Source of the DNA: an uncultured Candidatus Saccharibacteria bacterium
GTDB taxonomy: Bacteria; Patescibacteriota; Minisyncoccia; Minisyncoccales; RBG-13-42-11
Assembly (NCBI GenBank): GCA_964481125.1
Contig: CAYZSL010000002.1
Span: 24,597-88,596, forward strand
DNA: 64,000 nucleotides
Direction: 5' to 3'
A program made the position numbers and the translations under genes. This document shows positions 9,857-18,511 of this stretch, one piece after another (within the stretch, counting starts at the first letter, position 1; every line of letters starts with the position of its first letter). A model generated the notes under the pieces. That model was not told where the DNA came from. It did not search any database and was given only the letters and a program-made list of their open reading frames with translations.

Positions 9857-10651
9857 TTATTTTAACAATCTTAAAATAGCTTTATGAACTTTAATATTAG
9901 AAGCTAAAATCAAACAATTGTTTGCTTCCTTTAATTGAAGTGGATTTCCTTTCAAATCAGTATATTTCCCGCCTGCTTCTTTTAAAATAAGCAATCCGGC
10001 AGCAATATCTCCTATTTTTGGCGGTATATCAAGAGCAATATATGCCTCAAAAGCGCCTGAAGCCACATAAGAAAGTCCGAGGGGACCACAACCAAGTGCC
10101 CTAACGCAATAAGAATTCAAATTAAGCTTTGTCAAAATCTTTGAATTTTTATTAAATTTATTGCGCGACATGCCACAACTTGGCAGTTCAGCGAAAATAA
10201 AACTATCTTTTAAATTGCTTTTACTGGAAACTTTGATTCTCTTGCCGTTCAAATACGCACCTTTATTTTTAGCTGCGTAAAACATTTCTTTCGTCATTGG
10301 ATTATAAACTAATCCGAAAATAATTTCATTCTTGTGTTGTAAAGCTATTGAAACATTAAATAAAGGAAGCCTTCTGATGTAGTGTTTGCTGCCATCTAAA
10401 GGATCAATAATCCAAGTATAATCGGATTTTCCCTTTATTATTCCTTTTTCTTCTGTATTGATAGTATGCCCGGGAAAATTCTTTTTAATCTTATTTATAA
10501 TTAGATTCTCAACCTTATAATCAATGTTAGTAGCAATATCTTGCCTGTCTTTAAATTTAATAATTTCTACTCTATCTAAATTATCTAAAAGTATTTTACC
10601 GGCTTTTTCGGCTAAATCTATGGTAAATAGTTGAACGAGTTTCAGATTCAT
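9857..10651 (-). CDS. suhB: Inositol monophosphatase family protein
   Basis: WIIDPLDGS and DIAAG..I..EAGG motifs. Confidence 0.88.
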   Translation of the reverse strand: MNLKLVQLFTIDLAEKAGKILLDNLDRVEIIKFKDRQDIATNIDYKVENLIINKIKKNFPGHTINTEEKGIIKGKSDYTWIIDPLDGSKHYIRRLPLFNVSIALQHKNEIIFGLVYNPMTKEMFYAAKNKGAYLNGKRIKVSSKSNLKDSFIFAELPSCGMSRNKFNKNSKILTKLNLNSYCVRALGCGPLGLSYVASGAFEAYIALDIPPKIGDIAAGLLILKEAGGKYTDLKGNPLQLKEANNCLILASNIKVHKAILRLLK

Positions 10652-11631
10652 AATTTGAATAAAGCTTTTGCTAATTTATTGGAATCGTGACGGATAAGGC
10701 TTCTTTTTAAAATGTCTCCGGGAATGCGCTTTGTCTCTTTTTTGCTTAAAAAATCTCCCCTGATTACTTTAAAATAACTATCTTTTAAATCGTCAACAAC
10801 CGGAAACTCTTTTACTTTCTTGTATTTTGCCAAAGCGCTTTTTGGCATGGATTTTGTATTAATTAAAACATAATCTAAACAATCACGTCCTAAATATTTT
10901 TCCAAAACCTGAATATGGTCTTTGGCAGTAAAACCGAATGTCTGGCCGTATCTTGTCATTAAGTTCATAACATATACTACCTTAGCTTTAGTCTTTTTAA
11001 GAGCACCAGCTATTCCTTCAGTCAGTAATCCAGCTATTAAGCTGGTGTACAAATCACCAGGCCCGATAACAACCAAATCCGCCTTTAAAATCGCGTTCTT
11101 TACTTCTTGATGCAGCTTAGCTTTCGGCTTCAAAAAGACTTTCTTAATCTTTAATTTACCATTATGCTTAGGTCCATCAATTAAATGCTCTCCGATAACT
11201 TTCTTTCCGTTTTCATAAATTGCCACTAAATTTGAATCAGTCAGAGTCACTGGCAAAATTCTACCTTTAATTTTAAGAATCTGGCTTGTTTTCTTAATCG
11301 CTTCCATTTGAGAGCCGAAAATGTCGGACAAAGCAGCTAAAAACAGATTGCCAAAAGTCATACCCTTTAGCCCATTTCCTTTTGAAAAACGATAAATGAA
11401 AAGTTTTCTTAATGACTGCTCTTTGCCTTCTTCAGCTAAAGCAACAAAACACTGCCTTATATCGCTGGTCGGCAGCAAACCCAATTCGTCACGGATAACC
11501 TTGTTGCATCCTCCGCTGTCGGTCATGGAAACAACAGCTGAAATATCAGCCGGATACTTTTTTAAACCGGAAAGAACCGTAAAAGAACCGGTTCCACCCC
11601 CAATAACAACGATTTTCTTAGTTTTTGACAT
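10648..11631 (-). CDS. yvcK: YvcK/GlmR family (UPF0052) UDP-GlcNAc-binding protein
   Basis: IGGGTG, DSGG, GPGDLYTS, LIRHD motifs. Confidence 0.9.
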   Translation of the reverse strand: MSKTKKIVVIGGGTGSFTVLSGLKKYPADISAVVSMTDSGGCNKVIRDELGLLPTSDIRQCFVALAEEGKEQSLRKLFIYRFSKGNGLKGMTFGNLFLAALSDIFGSQMEAIKKTSQILKIKGRILPVTLTDSNLVAIYENGKKVIGEHLIDGPKHNGKLKIKKVFLKPKAKLHQEVKNAILKADLVVIGPGDLYTSLIAGLLTEGIAGALKKTKAKVVYVMNLMTRYGQTFGFTAKDHIQVLEKYLGRDCLDYVLINTKSMPKSALAKYKKVKEFPVVDDLKDSYFKVIRGDFLSKKETKRIPGDILKRSLIRHDSNKLAKALFKL

Positions 11632-11679
11632 AAATCAATTTTTATATTAAACTAAAAATACCTTTAAGTCAAAAAGGCT

Positions 11680-12939
11680 ATGATAGATAAATTTTTAATA
11701 CAAGGAGGTATTCCTCTTTCTGGAGAAGTTGAAATCTCAGGTTATAAGAATTCAGCCGGCGCTATTTTGGCGGCTGTTTTGCTTTCTGAAGAACCTTCTG
11801 TTATTGATAACCTTCCCCAGGTAACTGATGTTTCAAACCAGATTGAAATTCTAAGGCAAATGGGCGCAGAGATCGAACAATTAACTCCGAGAAAAATAAG
11901 AATTAACCCGAAAAACATAGACCCTGAAAAAATCCCAACAGACCTCTTTGAAAAAATGAGGGTTTCGGTATTGTTCATCGCTCCTTTAGCTATAAGGTTC
12001 AAAAAATTCAAAATCCCCCATCCTGGCGGGGACAAAATAGGCTTAAGGCCAATAGCCACGCACTTGGAAGCTCTTGAAAACTTCGGAATAAAAACAGAAG
12101 AAAAAGACGGCTTTTACCATTTCCAAGCACCAGAAAGAATAGAAGGAAAGAAAATAGCTTTAAAGGAGTTTTCAGTGACTGCCACGGAAATCTTAATGAT
12201 GTTAGCTAGTAGAGCCCAAGGAAGAACTAAAATTGAGATTGCCGCTGCCGAACCTCAGGTCCAGGATTTAGGAATGTTTCTGAGAAAAATGGGGACGAAT
12301 ATAGAAGGAATCGGAACTCATACCATTGAAATTGAAGGAAAAGATAAATTATCAGGCGCTGAATTCTCATTATGCCCTGATTTACTGGAAGCTGGAACAT
12401 TTTTTATAGCTTTTGCTTTAACTGGCGGCGAAGGGAAAATAAAGAATGTAAATCCAGACCACATGACTTTTTTCCTGGGAAAAATGAAAGAAATCGGGGT
12501 GAACTTCGATGTTTCGAACAATGAAATTTCAATTAAGAAATCAAATAATTTCAAACCGGCCAAAATCCAGGTTCTTCTTTATCCCGGCTTCCCCACTGAT
12601 TTGCAACCCCAAACATCCGTTCTATTAACCCAATGCCAAGGCAAGTCTCTCGTACACGACCCGCTGTATGAAAACCGATTCCAGCATTTGCACGAATTAA
12701 GAAAGCTGGGTGCTGACATTGAGATCACTGATCCCCACCGGGCTCTGATTTTCGGCAAAACAGAATTAATCGGTAATAAAATAAACGCCTCAGATATCAG
12801 GTCAGGCGCTGCCTTAATCCTGGCAGGATTAATTTCAAAAGGCCAGACAACGATTGAAAACATTTCCCAAATTGAAAGAGGACACGAAAATATTGAGGAA
12901 AAACTGAAAAAGCTAGGAGCTAAAATTGAAAAGATTTAA
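11680..12939 (+). CDS. murA: UDP-N-acetylglucosamine 1-carboxyvinyltransferase
   Basis: GYKNS, PGGDKIGLRP, YPGFPTDLQ, DIRSGA. Confidence 0.96.
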   Translation: MIDKFLIQGGIPLSGEVEISGYKNSAGAILAAVLLSEEPSVIDNLPQVTDVSNQIEILRQMGAEIEQLTPRKIRINPKNIDPEKIPTDLFEKMRVSVLFIAPLAIRFKKFKIPHPGGDKIGLRPIATHLEALENFGIKTEEKDGFYHFQAPERIEGKKIALKEFSVTATEILMMLASRAQGRTKIEIAAAEPQVQDLGMFLRKMGTNIEGIGTHTIEIEGKDKLSGAEFSLCPDLLEAGTFFIAFALTGGEGKIKNVNPDHMTFFLGKMKEIGVNFDVSNNEISIKKSNNFKPAKIQVLLYPGFPTDLQPQTSVLLTQCQGKSLVHDPLYENRFQHLHELRKLGADIEITDPHRALIFGKTELIGNKINASDIRSGAALILAGLISKGQTTIENISQIERGHENIEEKLKKLGAKIEKI

Positions 12940-12946
12940 TAAATTG

Positions 12947-12972
12947 AAAATCGTCAAAGAGGCGGTTTTTTT
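12947..12972 (+). terminator. murA terminator
   Basis: aaaatcgtc...ggcggtttttt directly after the stop codon. Confidence 0.55.
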
Positions 12973-13092
12973 GTTTTTTAGTAATGTATCTGGATGAACA
13001 ATGTTAGAACCTGGTTTGTAAAAGAAAAATCCCCGAGCATATAACCCAGGGATTTTGTGGACAAAAACTCTCAACAGTTAATCTTCCCTACT

Positions 13093-13284
13093 CTATTTTA
13101 GTTCGGTCCTGATTTTTTTAGGCAACGCTTGCCACTCTTTCCAGGTAAAACGAGACACCCCATCGCAATTTGAACATTTTGCTATGGGCCCATTAACCGG
13201 TTGGTGATTCTTATCTTCACCATCCCAAAAACCTGTTTGTTTCCATTGATGATTACAATCTTTGTTTGGTTTCTTTTCGTCCAT
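13093..13284 (-). CDS. Small hypothetical protein with CxH and CxxC motifs
   Basis: SD AAAGGAGG before MDEKK; CNHQW and CSNC. Confidence 0.7.
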   Translation of the reverse strand: MDEKKPNKDCNHQWKQTGFWDGEDKNHQPVNGPIAKCSNCDGVSRFTWKEWQALPKKIRTELK

Positions 13285-13307
13285 TATTTCCTCCTTTCTG
13301 AAATTTA

Positions 13308-13559
13308 TCAATCGTCGTGCGGTTTGAATTTCATCGGTCGAGTGGGAAATCTCGGGGAAGAGACAACATCGACTCTTTTTTTGCATTTAGGGCAGTAACT
13401 GAACTTACATGGGTATATCTTTTGTGCCTTATCTTTAGATAATATCTCTTCTCCTACCCTCAGCTTTGTCCCACAGTCTTTACAGAACATTTCGCCGAAT
13501 TCAAGTTCTCCTACGTCCTTTAGGTTTAATTCCTTCGCTATTTTATTATAATGAGCCAT
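13308..13559 (-). CDS. Small Zn-ribbon protein
   Basis: SD AAAGGAGGTG; FCKDCG...YCPKCK. Confidence 0.72.
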   Translation of the reverse strand: MAHYNKIAKELNLKDVGELEFGEMFCKDCGTKLRVGEEILSKDKAQKIYPCKFSYCPKCKKRVDVVSSPRFPTRPMKFKPHDD

Positions 13560-13654
13560 TAGCTACACCTCCTTTACTATTATCATATTATTGTTTATTT
13601 CTAGAAAATCAAGCCCTCTACCAAAAATCGCCTGTTTGGCGAGGTGGCCGAAAT

Positions 13655-13751
13655 TAGCTCCGCATCGTGGACGACGTTAGAACCAGGATTATGGGAATTG
13701 AAGACGTTTTTGTTCCCGATTTGGATCTGTCTTCGGGACGATGTTAGAACC
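13655..13751 (+). repeat. Paired att-like sites
   Basis: tagctccgcatcgtggacgacgttagaacc and ggacgatgttagaacc, 67 bp apart in direct orientation. Confidence 0.75.
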
Positions 13752-13755
13752 TGTT

Positions 13756-14391
13756 TTACTCTAAAAACCTAAAGGTAGAAAGTATTTGACTGAAAGTTCC
13801 ACAATTCCCTGAATAGCATTCTATAGGTTCAAGTTGATTGAATTCGTATAATTTTCCTTCTTTAAATATGCCTACATAAGCCTTGCTACTTTCATCTTGG
13901 GAAAAAGAAACAACAATTTTATATCCACTTAACCCTCCCACAGTAATTTCTTCTTTTTCAATTAAAGCGTCTCCAAACCCTGCTTCTTTCATCAATACCA
14001 TTTGTTCTTCAAACTCATCTTCCCATTCGGCAAGCGAAGAATACCATGTTTTGATTTGAAGCTCTATTCGTTCTATCGGGGGCAATCCATCAGAAAAATT
14101 CTTAATTTCCTCAATGGACATATTTCTAAACTCAATTTGATAATTTGATAATTCGACATGCCAATTATTAGGATATTTCATCTCAAACCCATATTCTTCA
14201 TTCTTATAAGTTTGCCAATCAGCAGTTTCATCTTGAATTGTTATAATTGTAAAGGTTGTTTGTTGTTCTAATAATGTAGTTGGTTCTGTTTTGGAGTTTT
14301 TACTTCCGAGAAAGTAAAACAATATTAAAAGTCCTCCAAGAAATACAACAATAAATATAATTAAAATTTTAGAAAAAGCTTTGTTTTGCAT
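13756..14391 (-). CDS. PsbP-like membrane-anchored surface protein
   Basis: N-terminal TM, DETADWQTYKNEEYGFEMKYP, C-terminal ILSTFRF. Confidence 0.82.
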   Translation of the reverse strand: MQNKAFSKILIIFIVVFLGGLLILFYFLGSKNSKTEPTTLLEQQTTFTIITIQDETADWQTYKNEEYGFEMKYPNNWHVELSNYQIEFRNMSIEEIKNFSDGLPPIERIELQIKTWYSSLAEWEDEFEEQMVLMKEAGFGDALIEKEEITVGGLSGYKIVVSFSQDESSKAYVGIFKEGKLYEFNQLEPIECYSGNCGTFSQILSTFRFLE

Positions 14392-14421
14392 ATTATTGTA
14401 TTATTTAATTAATCTTTCTTT

Positions 14422-14455
14422 ATTCTACCAAAAAACCGCCCAAAACAATAGGCGG
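14422..14455 (-). repeat. Hairpin plus extended -10 module (copy 1)
   Basis: attctaccaaaaaaccgcccaaa...gcgg, near-identical to 17041-17074; minus strand reads CCGCC..GGCGGTTTTTTGGTAGAAT. Confidence 0.75.
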
Positions 14456-14633
14456 AATATTGTCAGCTCGCCAAGTCGGACTTGAACCTGCCAGCTAAGA
14501 GGAGATTTAGGTCGTTTGGGGAGTGGTACAGCCACGCGTCTCGGTCGGGGCTATTTTAAGCTAAAATGTAACAAATGTTACACTAGAAAGGTATATTGGA
14601 GTGTTACATTTTATGACGATGTTCGAACTTATT

Positions 14634-15704
14634 TTAGTCTAGAAATTTAAAAGTATTTTCTATTTTTTCCATTAAACCGCGATTTTGATCAAAATATTCT
14701 TTTGAACCGCTTGCCCCCCTCAACATATAAACAATATTATCACGGATAAAATATGTAGTAACAGTGGGGAAAATAAGAGACTCGTCATGGATCTTTCTTA
14801 CCGCCACCTCTCCCCCGATAATAATCCTTTCCTCTTCCGATTTAATCATACTATCAATGCTTTTACCTTCGCTATCATAAATTATAATATCTAGATCTAT
14901 TTTTTCATTAGGATCAATATCTTGTGTAGTAAACACATGATTTGGGTTATCGCTAATATTTGCAATTCTTTCACCAAGTATAGTTGGATCGCATGTGTAT
15001 TCTTCGGAAGTTAAAATAATACCCTCGGAATATTTTACATATTCACCAACTTTCAGATAAAACTCCTTAGGATATTTTATTTCAAAACCACATTCTTCAT
15101 TCCTGTAAGTCTGCCAATCGGCAGTTTCGTCTGACGTTGAGGTTGATGTCAGATTTGTAGATGGCGTTTCGGTAGATGTTGGCGTAGATACTGAAGTTTT
15201 AGGTATCCACCAATATTGATAAGCTAAAATAGCTCCACCGATGATTGCGGCAGCCAAAACAGTGATAAGGATGCCTATGGGGATAGATATTGTTTTATCT
15301 ATTCCATTAATTTTTTCTTGGTTCGTTATTCTTCTATCTAAATATTGGGCAAATAATATAATAAGGAAAGGTATCCCGAAAAATAAAATATTTGATAAAT
15401 CTGTTTTGTCTAACCTTCCCTGGGTCACAAAAAATAAGCGGTAAGCTTGAAATTCAAGCCAGATTATCCCTAAAATAATCAATCCATAAAGGTATTTGGC
15501 TTTTGTTTTCCTGAAAAACATTATTGAACCGTAAATTATAAAAGGTGCAAAAATAACATTTATGATGAGCGGCCATAAATTTACGTCTTTCCCGCCCATC
15601 AATACGCCGAATAATCCGAGGATAGACCCCCAGAAAAATAGATTAGCTAAACCAAAAAAATATATAGCAATAATAATATTTACTGCGGTAATTATTTTTT
15701 TCAT
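14634..15704 (-). CDS. Multi-TM membrane protein fused to a PsbP-like domain
   Basis: About five TM segments, Thr/Ser linker, DETADWQTYRNEECGFEIKYP, ends IENTFKFLD. Confidence 0.82.
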   Translation of the reverse strand: MKKIITAVNIIIAIYFFGLANLFFWGSILGLFGVLMGGKDVNLWPLIINVIFAPFIIYGSIMFFRKTKAKYLYGLIILGIIWLEFQAYRLFFVTQGRLDKTDLSNILFFGIPFLIILFAQYLDRRITNQEKINGIDKTISIPIGILITVLAAAIIGGAILAYQYWWIPKTSVSTPTSTETPSTNLTSTSTSDETADWQTYRNEECGFEIKYPKEFYLKVGEYVKYSEGIILTSEEYTCDPTILGERIANISDNPNHVFTTQDIDPNEKIDLDIIIYDSEGKSIDSMIKSEEERIIIGGEVAVRKIHDESLIFPTVTTYFIRDNIVYMLRGASGSKEYFDQNRGLMEKIENTFKFLD

Positions 15705-15724
15705 AATTAATTTAACGATATAAA

Positions 15725-16087
15725 TTAAACGAATCTTTTAGAGATTTTCCAGAAATAAACTAAAATCAGAGTCTGAATAACGGCTGCTATAAGCTGTATA
15801 TTGTCTATACTACGAGATGACAAAAAAGAATAAATTGTATTGATAATAGCTAGGGCAGTTATAACAGTATAGCCATAAAGAGCCCATTTCTTCATTTTTC
15901 GAAGACCGAATGAAGTAACAATAAGACCGACAGCGACAATCAATTCAAGCAATGCTAAGACGGGACTAAAAAGTAAAAGAGGCAATACCATAAACAATGA
16001 ACCAATTCCACCAAGCAATAAAAGAACTGATATATTTTTTACTGGTGATAGAAAAGATGATTTTTCTAAATCTGTTCCTATTTCCAT
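15725..16087 (-). CDS. Small membrane protein (about 4 TM)
   Basis: Hydrophobic ORF with a GLRKMKKWA loop, in operon context. Confidence 0.75.
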   Translation of the reverse strand: MEIGTDLEKSSFLSPVKNISVLLLLGGIGSLFMVLPLLLFSPVLALLELIVAVGLIVTSFGLRKMKKWALYGYTVITALAIINTIYSFLSSRSIDNIQLIAAVIQTLILVYFWKISKRFV

Positions 16088-16120
16088 AATTTAAAATCTG
16101 TTAATTTATTAAATCGACCT

Positions 16121-17032
16121 TTATTCTTTAATAATGCTGAAAAAATCATCGCTGGAATCTGATAATGTGGCTCCTTTCACTCCTGGAAAAGCTCTCATTA
16201 CAATTTTGTATTTAGTGCCTAGCGGAATTGACGAGGGTATCGTCCAAAAATACGGGGGAGCGGCAACATTATCATTAATCATATATGTTTTTGTGGGAGC
16301 AGATAACCAATCCTCAAGCCAAATTGAAACATCGTAAGGCTGTTCCCAATCTATTTTATATGTTTTTCCAATTTCCCAAACTTCTCCGCCATTAGGAGAA
16401 ATCAAAATGAATTTATTTAAACTATCCTCTTCAATAAATTTAAAAGTGGAAAGTATTTTCTCAACACCATCCCTGACCTCATCTTTATACCATCCTGCAG
16501 CATCCCAAAAATCTCCATCAGAAGGACCTAAAGAGCTATAAATAGCAAAAAATTCATTATTTTCTGTTAAGTAACGAATAAATAATTTTTCATCAGTTTT
16601 TATTTCTTCACAAACTTTTTCTCCATCATTTCTTAAACAATAATCTTGAGGACATAATTTTATAAAAAACATATTTTCATATTTATCTTTTGGCATACTT
16701 CCAAAATATGGCTCTATGGGTTTAGTTTTAAAACTTAAAAGGACACATTCTGCTTCAAAAGGAAAGTATCCCTCAGTTGTTGTTCCAATCTCAATTTGAT
16801 ACCCATTTTCTTCAAAGACTGAGGGAACTTCAAATTCAAATCCATACTTCATATTCCTATAAATACCCCCATCGGCAGTTTCGTCGATTGGTTTTTCAGA
16901 AATAACTATATCTGGTTGGTTAGACAATTCTTCCTGGAAGTTGAAATACCGCCAATAGATAAATCCTCCAGCTAATATGGCTGAGATTAAGACAATACTA
17001 ATAGCTATTGTTGTAGGTATTTTCTTGTTCAT
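16121..17032 (-). CDS. PsbP-like surface protein with a C-terminal Ig-like (SPNGGE) domain
   Basis: N-terminal TM, DETADGGIYRNMKYGFEF, ILSTFKF, then ISPNGGEVW...SDSSDDFFSI. Confidence 0.82.
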   Translation of the reverse strand: MNKKIPTTIAISIVLISAILAGGFIYWRYFNFQEELSNQPDIVISEKPIDETADGGIYRNMKYGFEFEVPSVFEENGYQIEIGTTTEGYFPFEAECVLLSFKTKPIEPYFGSMPKDKYENMFFIKLCPQDYCLRNDGEKVCEEIKTDEKLFIRYLTENNEFFAIYSSLGPSDGDFWDAAGWYKDEVRDGVEKILSTFKFIEEDSLNKFILISPNGGEVWEIGKTYKIDWEQPYDVSIWLEDWLSAPTKTYMINDNVAAPPYFWTIPSSIPLGTKYKIVMRAFPGVKGATLSDSSDDFFSIIKE

Positions 17033-17040
17033 ATTACTCT

Positions 17041-17074
17041 ATTCTACCAAAAAACCGCCCAAACAATAAAGCGG
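17041..17074 (-). repeat. Hairpin plus extended -10 module (copy 2)
   Basis: Direct repeat of 14422-14455, directly upstream of the ORF start. Confidence 0.75.
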
Positions 17075-17091
17075 TATTATCCACAAGTAAT

Positions 17092-17196
17092 TAGCTCCCC
17101 CTATGCAACACGCTTAGAACCTTAGATTGGATAAAGATAAGGGAAGAATTAGAAGCTTTCGTTATAAAAGTGCCTGCTTTTGGACGATGTTAGAAC
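17092..17196 (+). repeat. Paired att-like sites
   Basis: 17092-17145 is an imperfect direct repeat of 17977-18031; a second site ggacgatgttagaac lies at 17182-17196. Confidence 0.75.
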
Positions 17197-17310
17197 TTGT
17201 ATTTATTTTTAGAAATGAAAAGCCCGCAGAGTTTTGGTTTCTCTTTGGGCTTATCTATTCTTTTAGACCTTATCCCGCTAAGATATTTGGCAGGATGCGT
17301 AGCGAGAACG

Positions 17311-17904
17311 CTATGTGTCCAAGGATTTCGGATTACTCTCCCAGCTTCGCATTATTTTCTTAATCTGCTGGGCCAGGTTGGGCGATTCTTTGAGCTTCTC
17401 TATGAAAACAGGGCACGCTGAACATTCTGTAGCTTTCCCGCCGAACAACAACGATCCTACAAGGGTCTTTGTTAGGGATTTTCTCGGGTCATCATCTTGA
17501 TTCCCGGGCCCTTTAATTTTTGTCTTTTCTTCTTCTTCCGTCATCGTCGGCGGCTCAAGACAGAACTTTTCCCAACCACAAGCTTTGCATTGAGGCAATG
17601 CCTCCTTACTGTCCTGCATTAGCTCTTTAATCTTTTGCGACAAGACGGACTCGTCCATCCTCCGCGCAAGACCGGGACAAACCTGACAGACCTTATCTTT
17701 GCCCAGAAACATCATCGTCCCCATCAGCATACCGAATCCAGCATCCTCTGGGTTATCAAACTCCTCTCGGGCATCTCTCTCCATCGCCCTGAGAGTCGTT
17801 TGCACCTCTTGCCAGGTCATAACCGGTGGTTTAATGCAGAACTGGTTCCACTTACAAGTCTTACAGTTTACCATTGTTTCAACCTCTTCGAGTATGTCAG
17901 CCAT
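17311..17904 (-). CDS. Hypothetical protein with a duplicated Cys-rich domain
   Basis: SD GGAGG; two copies of CxxCxWxxFCxxPPxMT...GK...CxxCP. Confidence 0.8.
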   Translation of the reverse strand: MADILEEVETMVNCKTCKWNQFCIKPPVMTWQEVQTTLRAMERDAREEFDNPEDAGFGMLMGTMMFLGKDKVCQVCPGLARRMDESVLSQKIKELMQDSKEALPQCKACGWEKFCLEPPTMTEEEEKTKIKGPGNQDDDPRKSLTKTLVGSLLFGGKATECSACPVFIEKLKESPNLAQQIKKIMRSWESNPKSLDT

Positions 17905-17942
17905 TTAAAACCTCCAACAATTATTTTATTTTGCTTAAAATA

Positions 17943-17971
17943 ATAATACCATATTATATGGTATTTGTCAA
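17943..17971 (-). promoter_or_regulatory. Promoter with palindromic spacer
   Basis: TTGACA-N17-TATTAT; palindrome aataccatat-t-atatggtatt. Confidence 0.72.
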
Positions 17972-17976
17972 GTTTT

Positions 17977-18031
17977 TAGCTCCCCCCTATTGGATACGTT
18001 CAGAACTTTAGATTGGGTAAACATAAGGGAA
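17977..18031 (+). repeat. att-like site, copy of 17092-17145
   Basis: tagctcccccctattggatacgttcagaactttagattgggtaaacataagggaa. Confidence 0.75.
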
Positions 18032-18171
18032 AAGATGAGGGAATTGAGGTTTGCGTAAAGGAAAAGAGCTCAACTGGCGTTGGCTCTTTCTCTTCAATTA
18101 CCTTAGGTCGCTGAGGGCAACCTGATTAGCCAAGAAGCGACTAATCTGTTTAGGATTTTTAACCTAAGTTT

Positions 18172-18426
18172 TTATGCAAACATTGGTCGATACCAGGCCT
18201 TTGGCACGTTTGCATCAATCCACTTGATGGCGACCTCTTTTAAGGTCAACCAAAATATGGAATATAGGGGGGCAGGATATTCATCTGCGGGTCTGTCCCA
18301 AGTAATCCTGTAACCTGGCGTTAATTCCTCAATCTTCGGAATTGCCATCTCCATAACCTCTTCTGCTTGATCTTCAAACATTCCTTTGTCAACCAGCATT
18401 TTTTTAAGCTTTTCTCTTGTTGTCAT
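18172..18426 (-). CDS. Small hypothetical protein
   Basis: 84-aa ORF with SD-like site and its own promoter. Confidence 0.72.
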   Translation of the reverse strand: MTTREKLKKMLVDKGMFEDQAEEVMEMAIPKIEELTPGYRITWDRPADEYPAPLYSIFWLTLKEVAIKWIDANVPKAWYRPMFA

Positions 18427-18479
18427 TATTTCCTTCCTCTCAGTCTGCTTAGCATTTTTCTAAATCAGCCTATAACAAA

Positions 18480-18508
18480 ATAATACCACATAAATGTGGT
18501 TTTGTCAA
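18480..18508 (-). promoter_or_regulatory. Promoter with palindromic spacer
   Basis: TTGACA-N17-TATTAT; palindrome accacat-aa-atgtggt. Confidence 0.72.
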
Positions 18509-18511
18509 TAT

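Noticed and set aside
12998-18006. GTTAGAAC repeats as integron attC sites or CRISPR repeats
   Set aside because: Copies are direct, degenerate and irregularly spaced (67 bp to kilobases); no attC-like inverted pairing, intI or cas genes.
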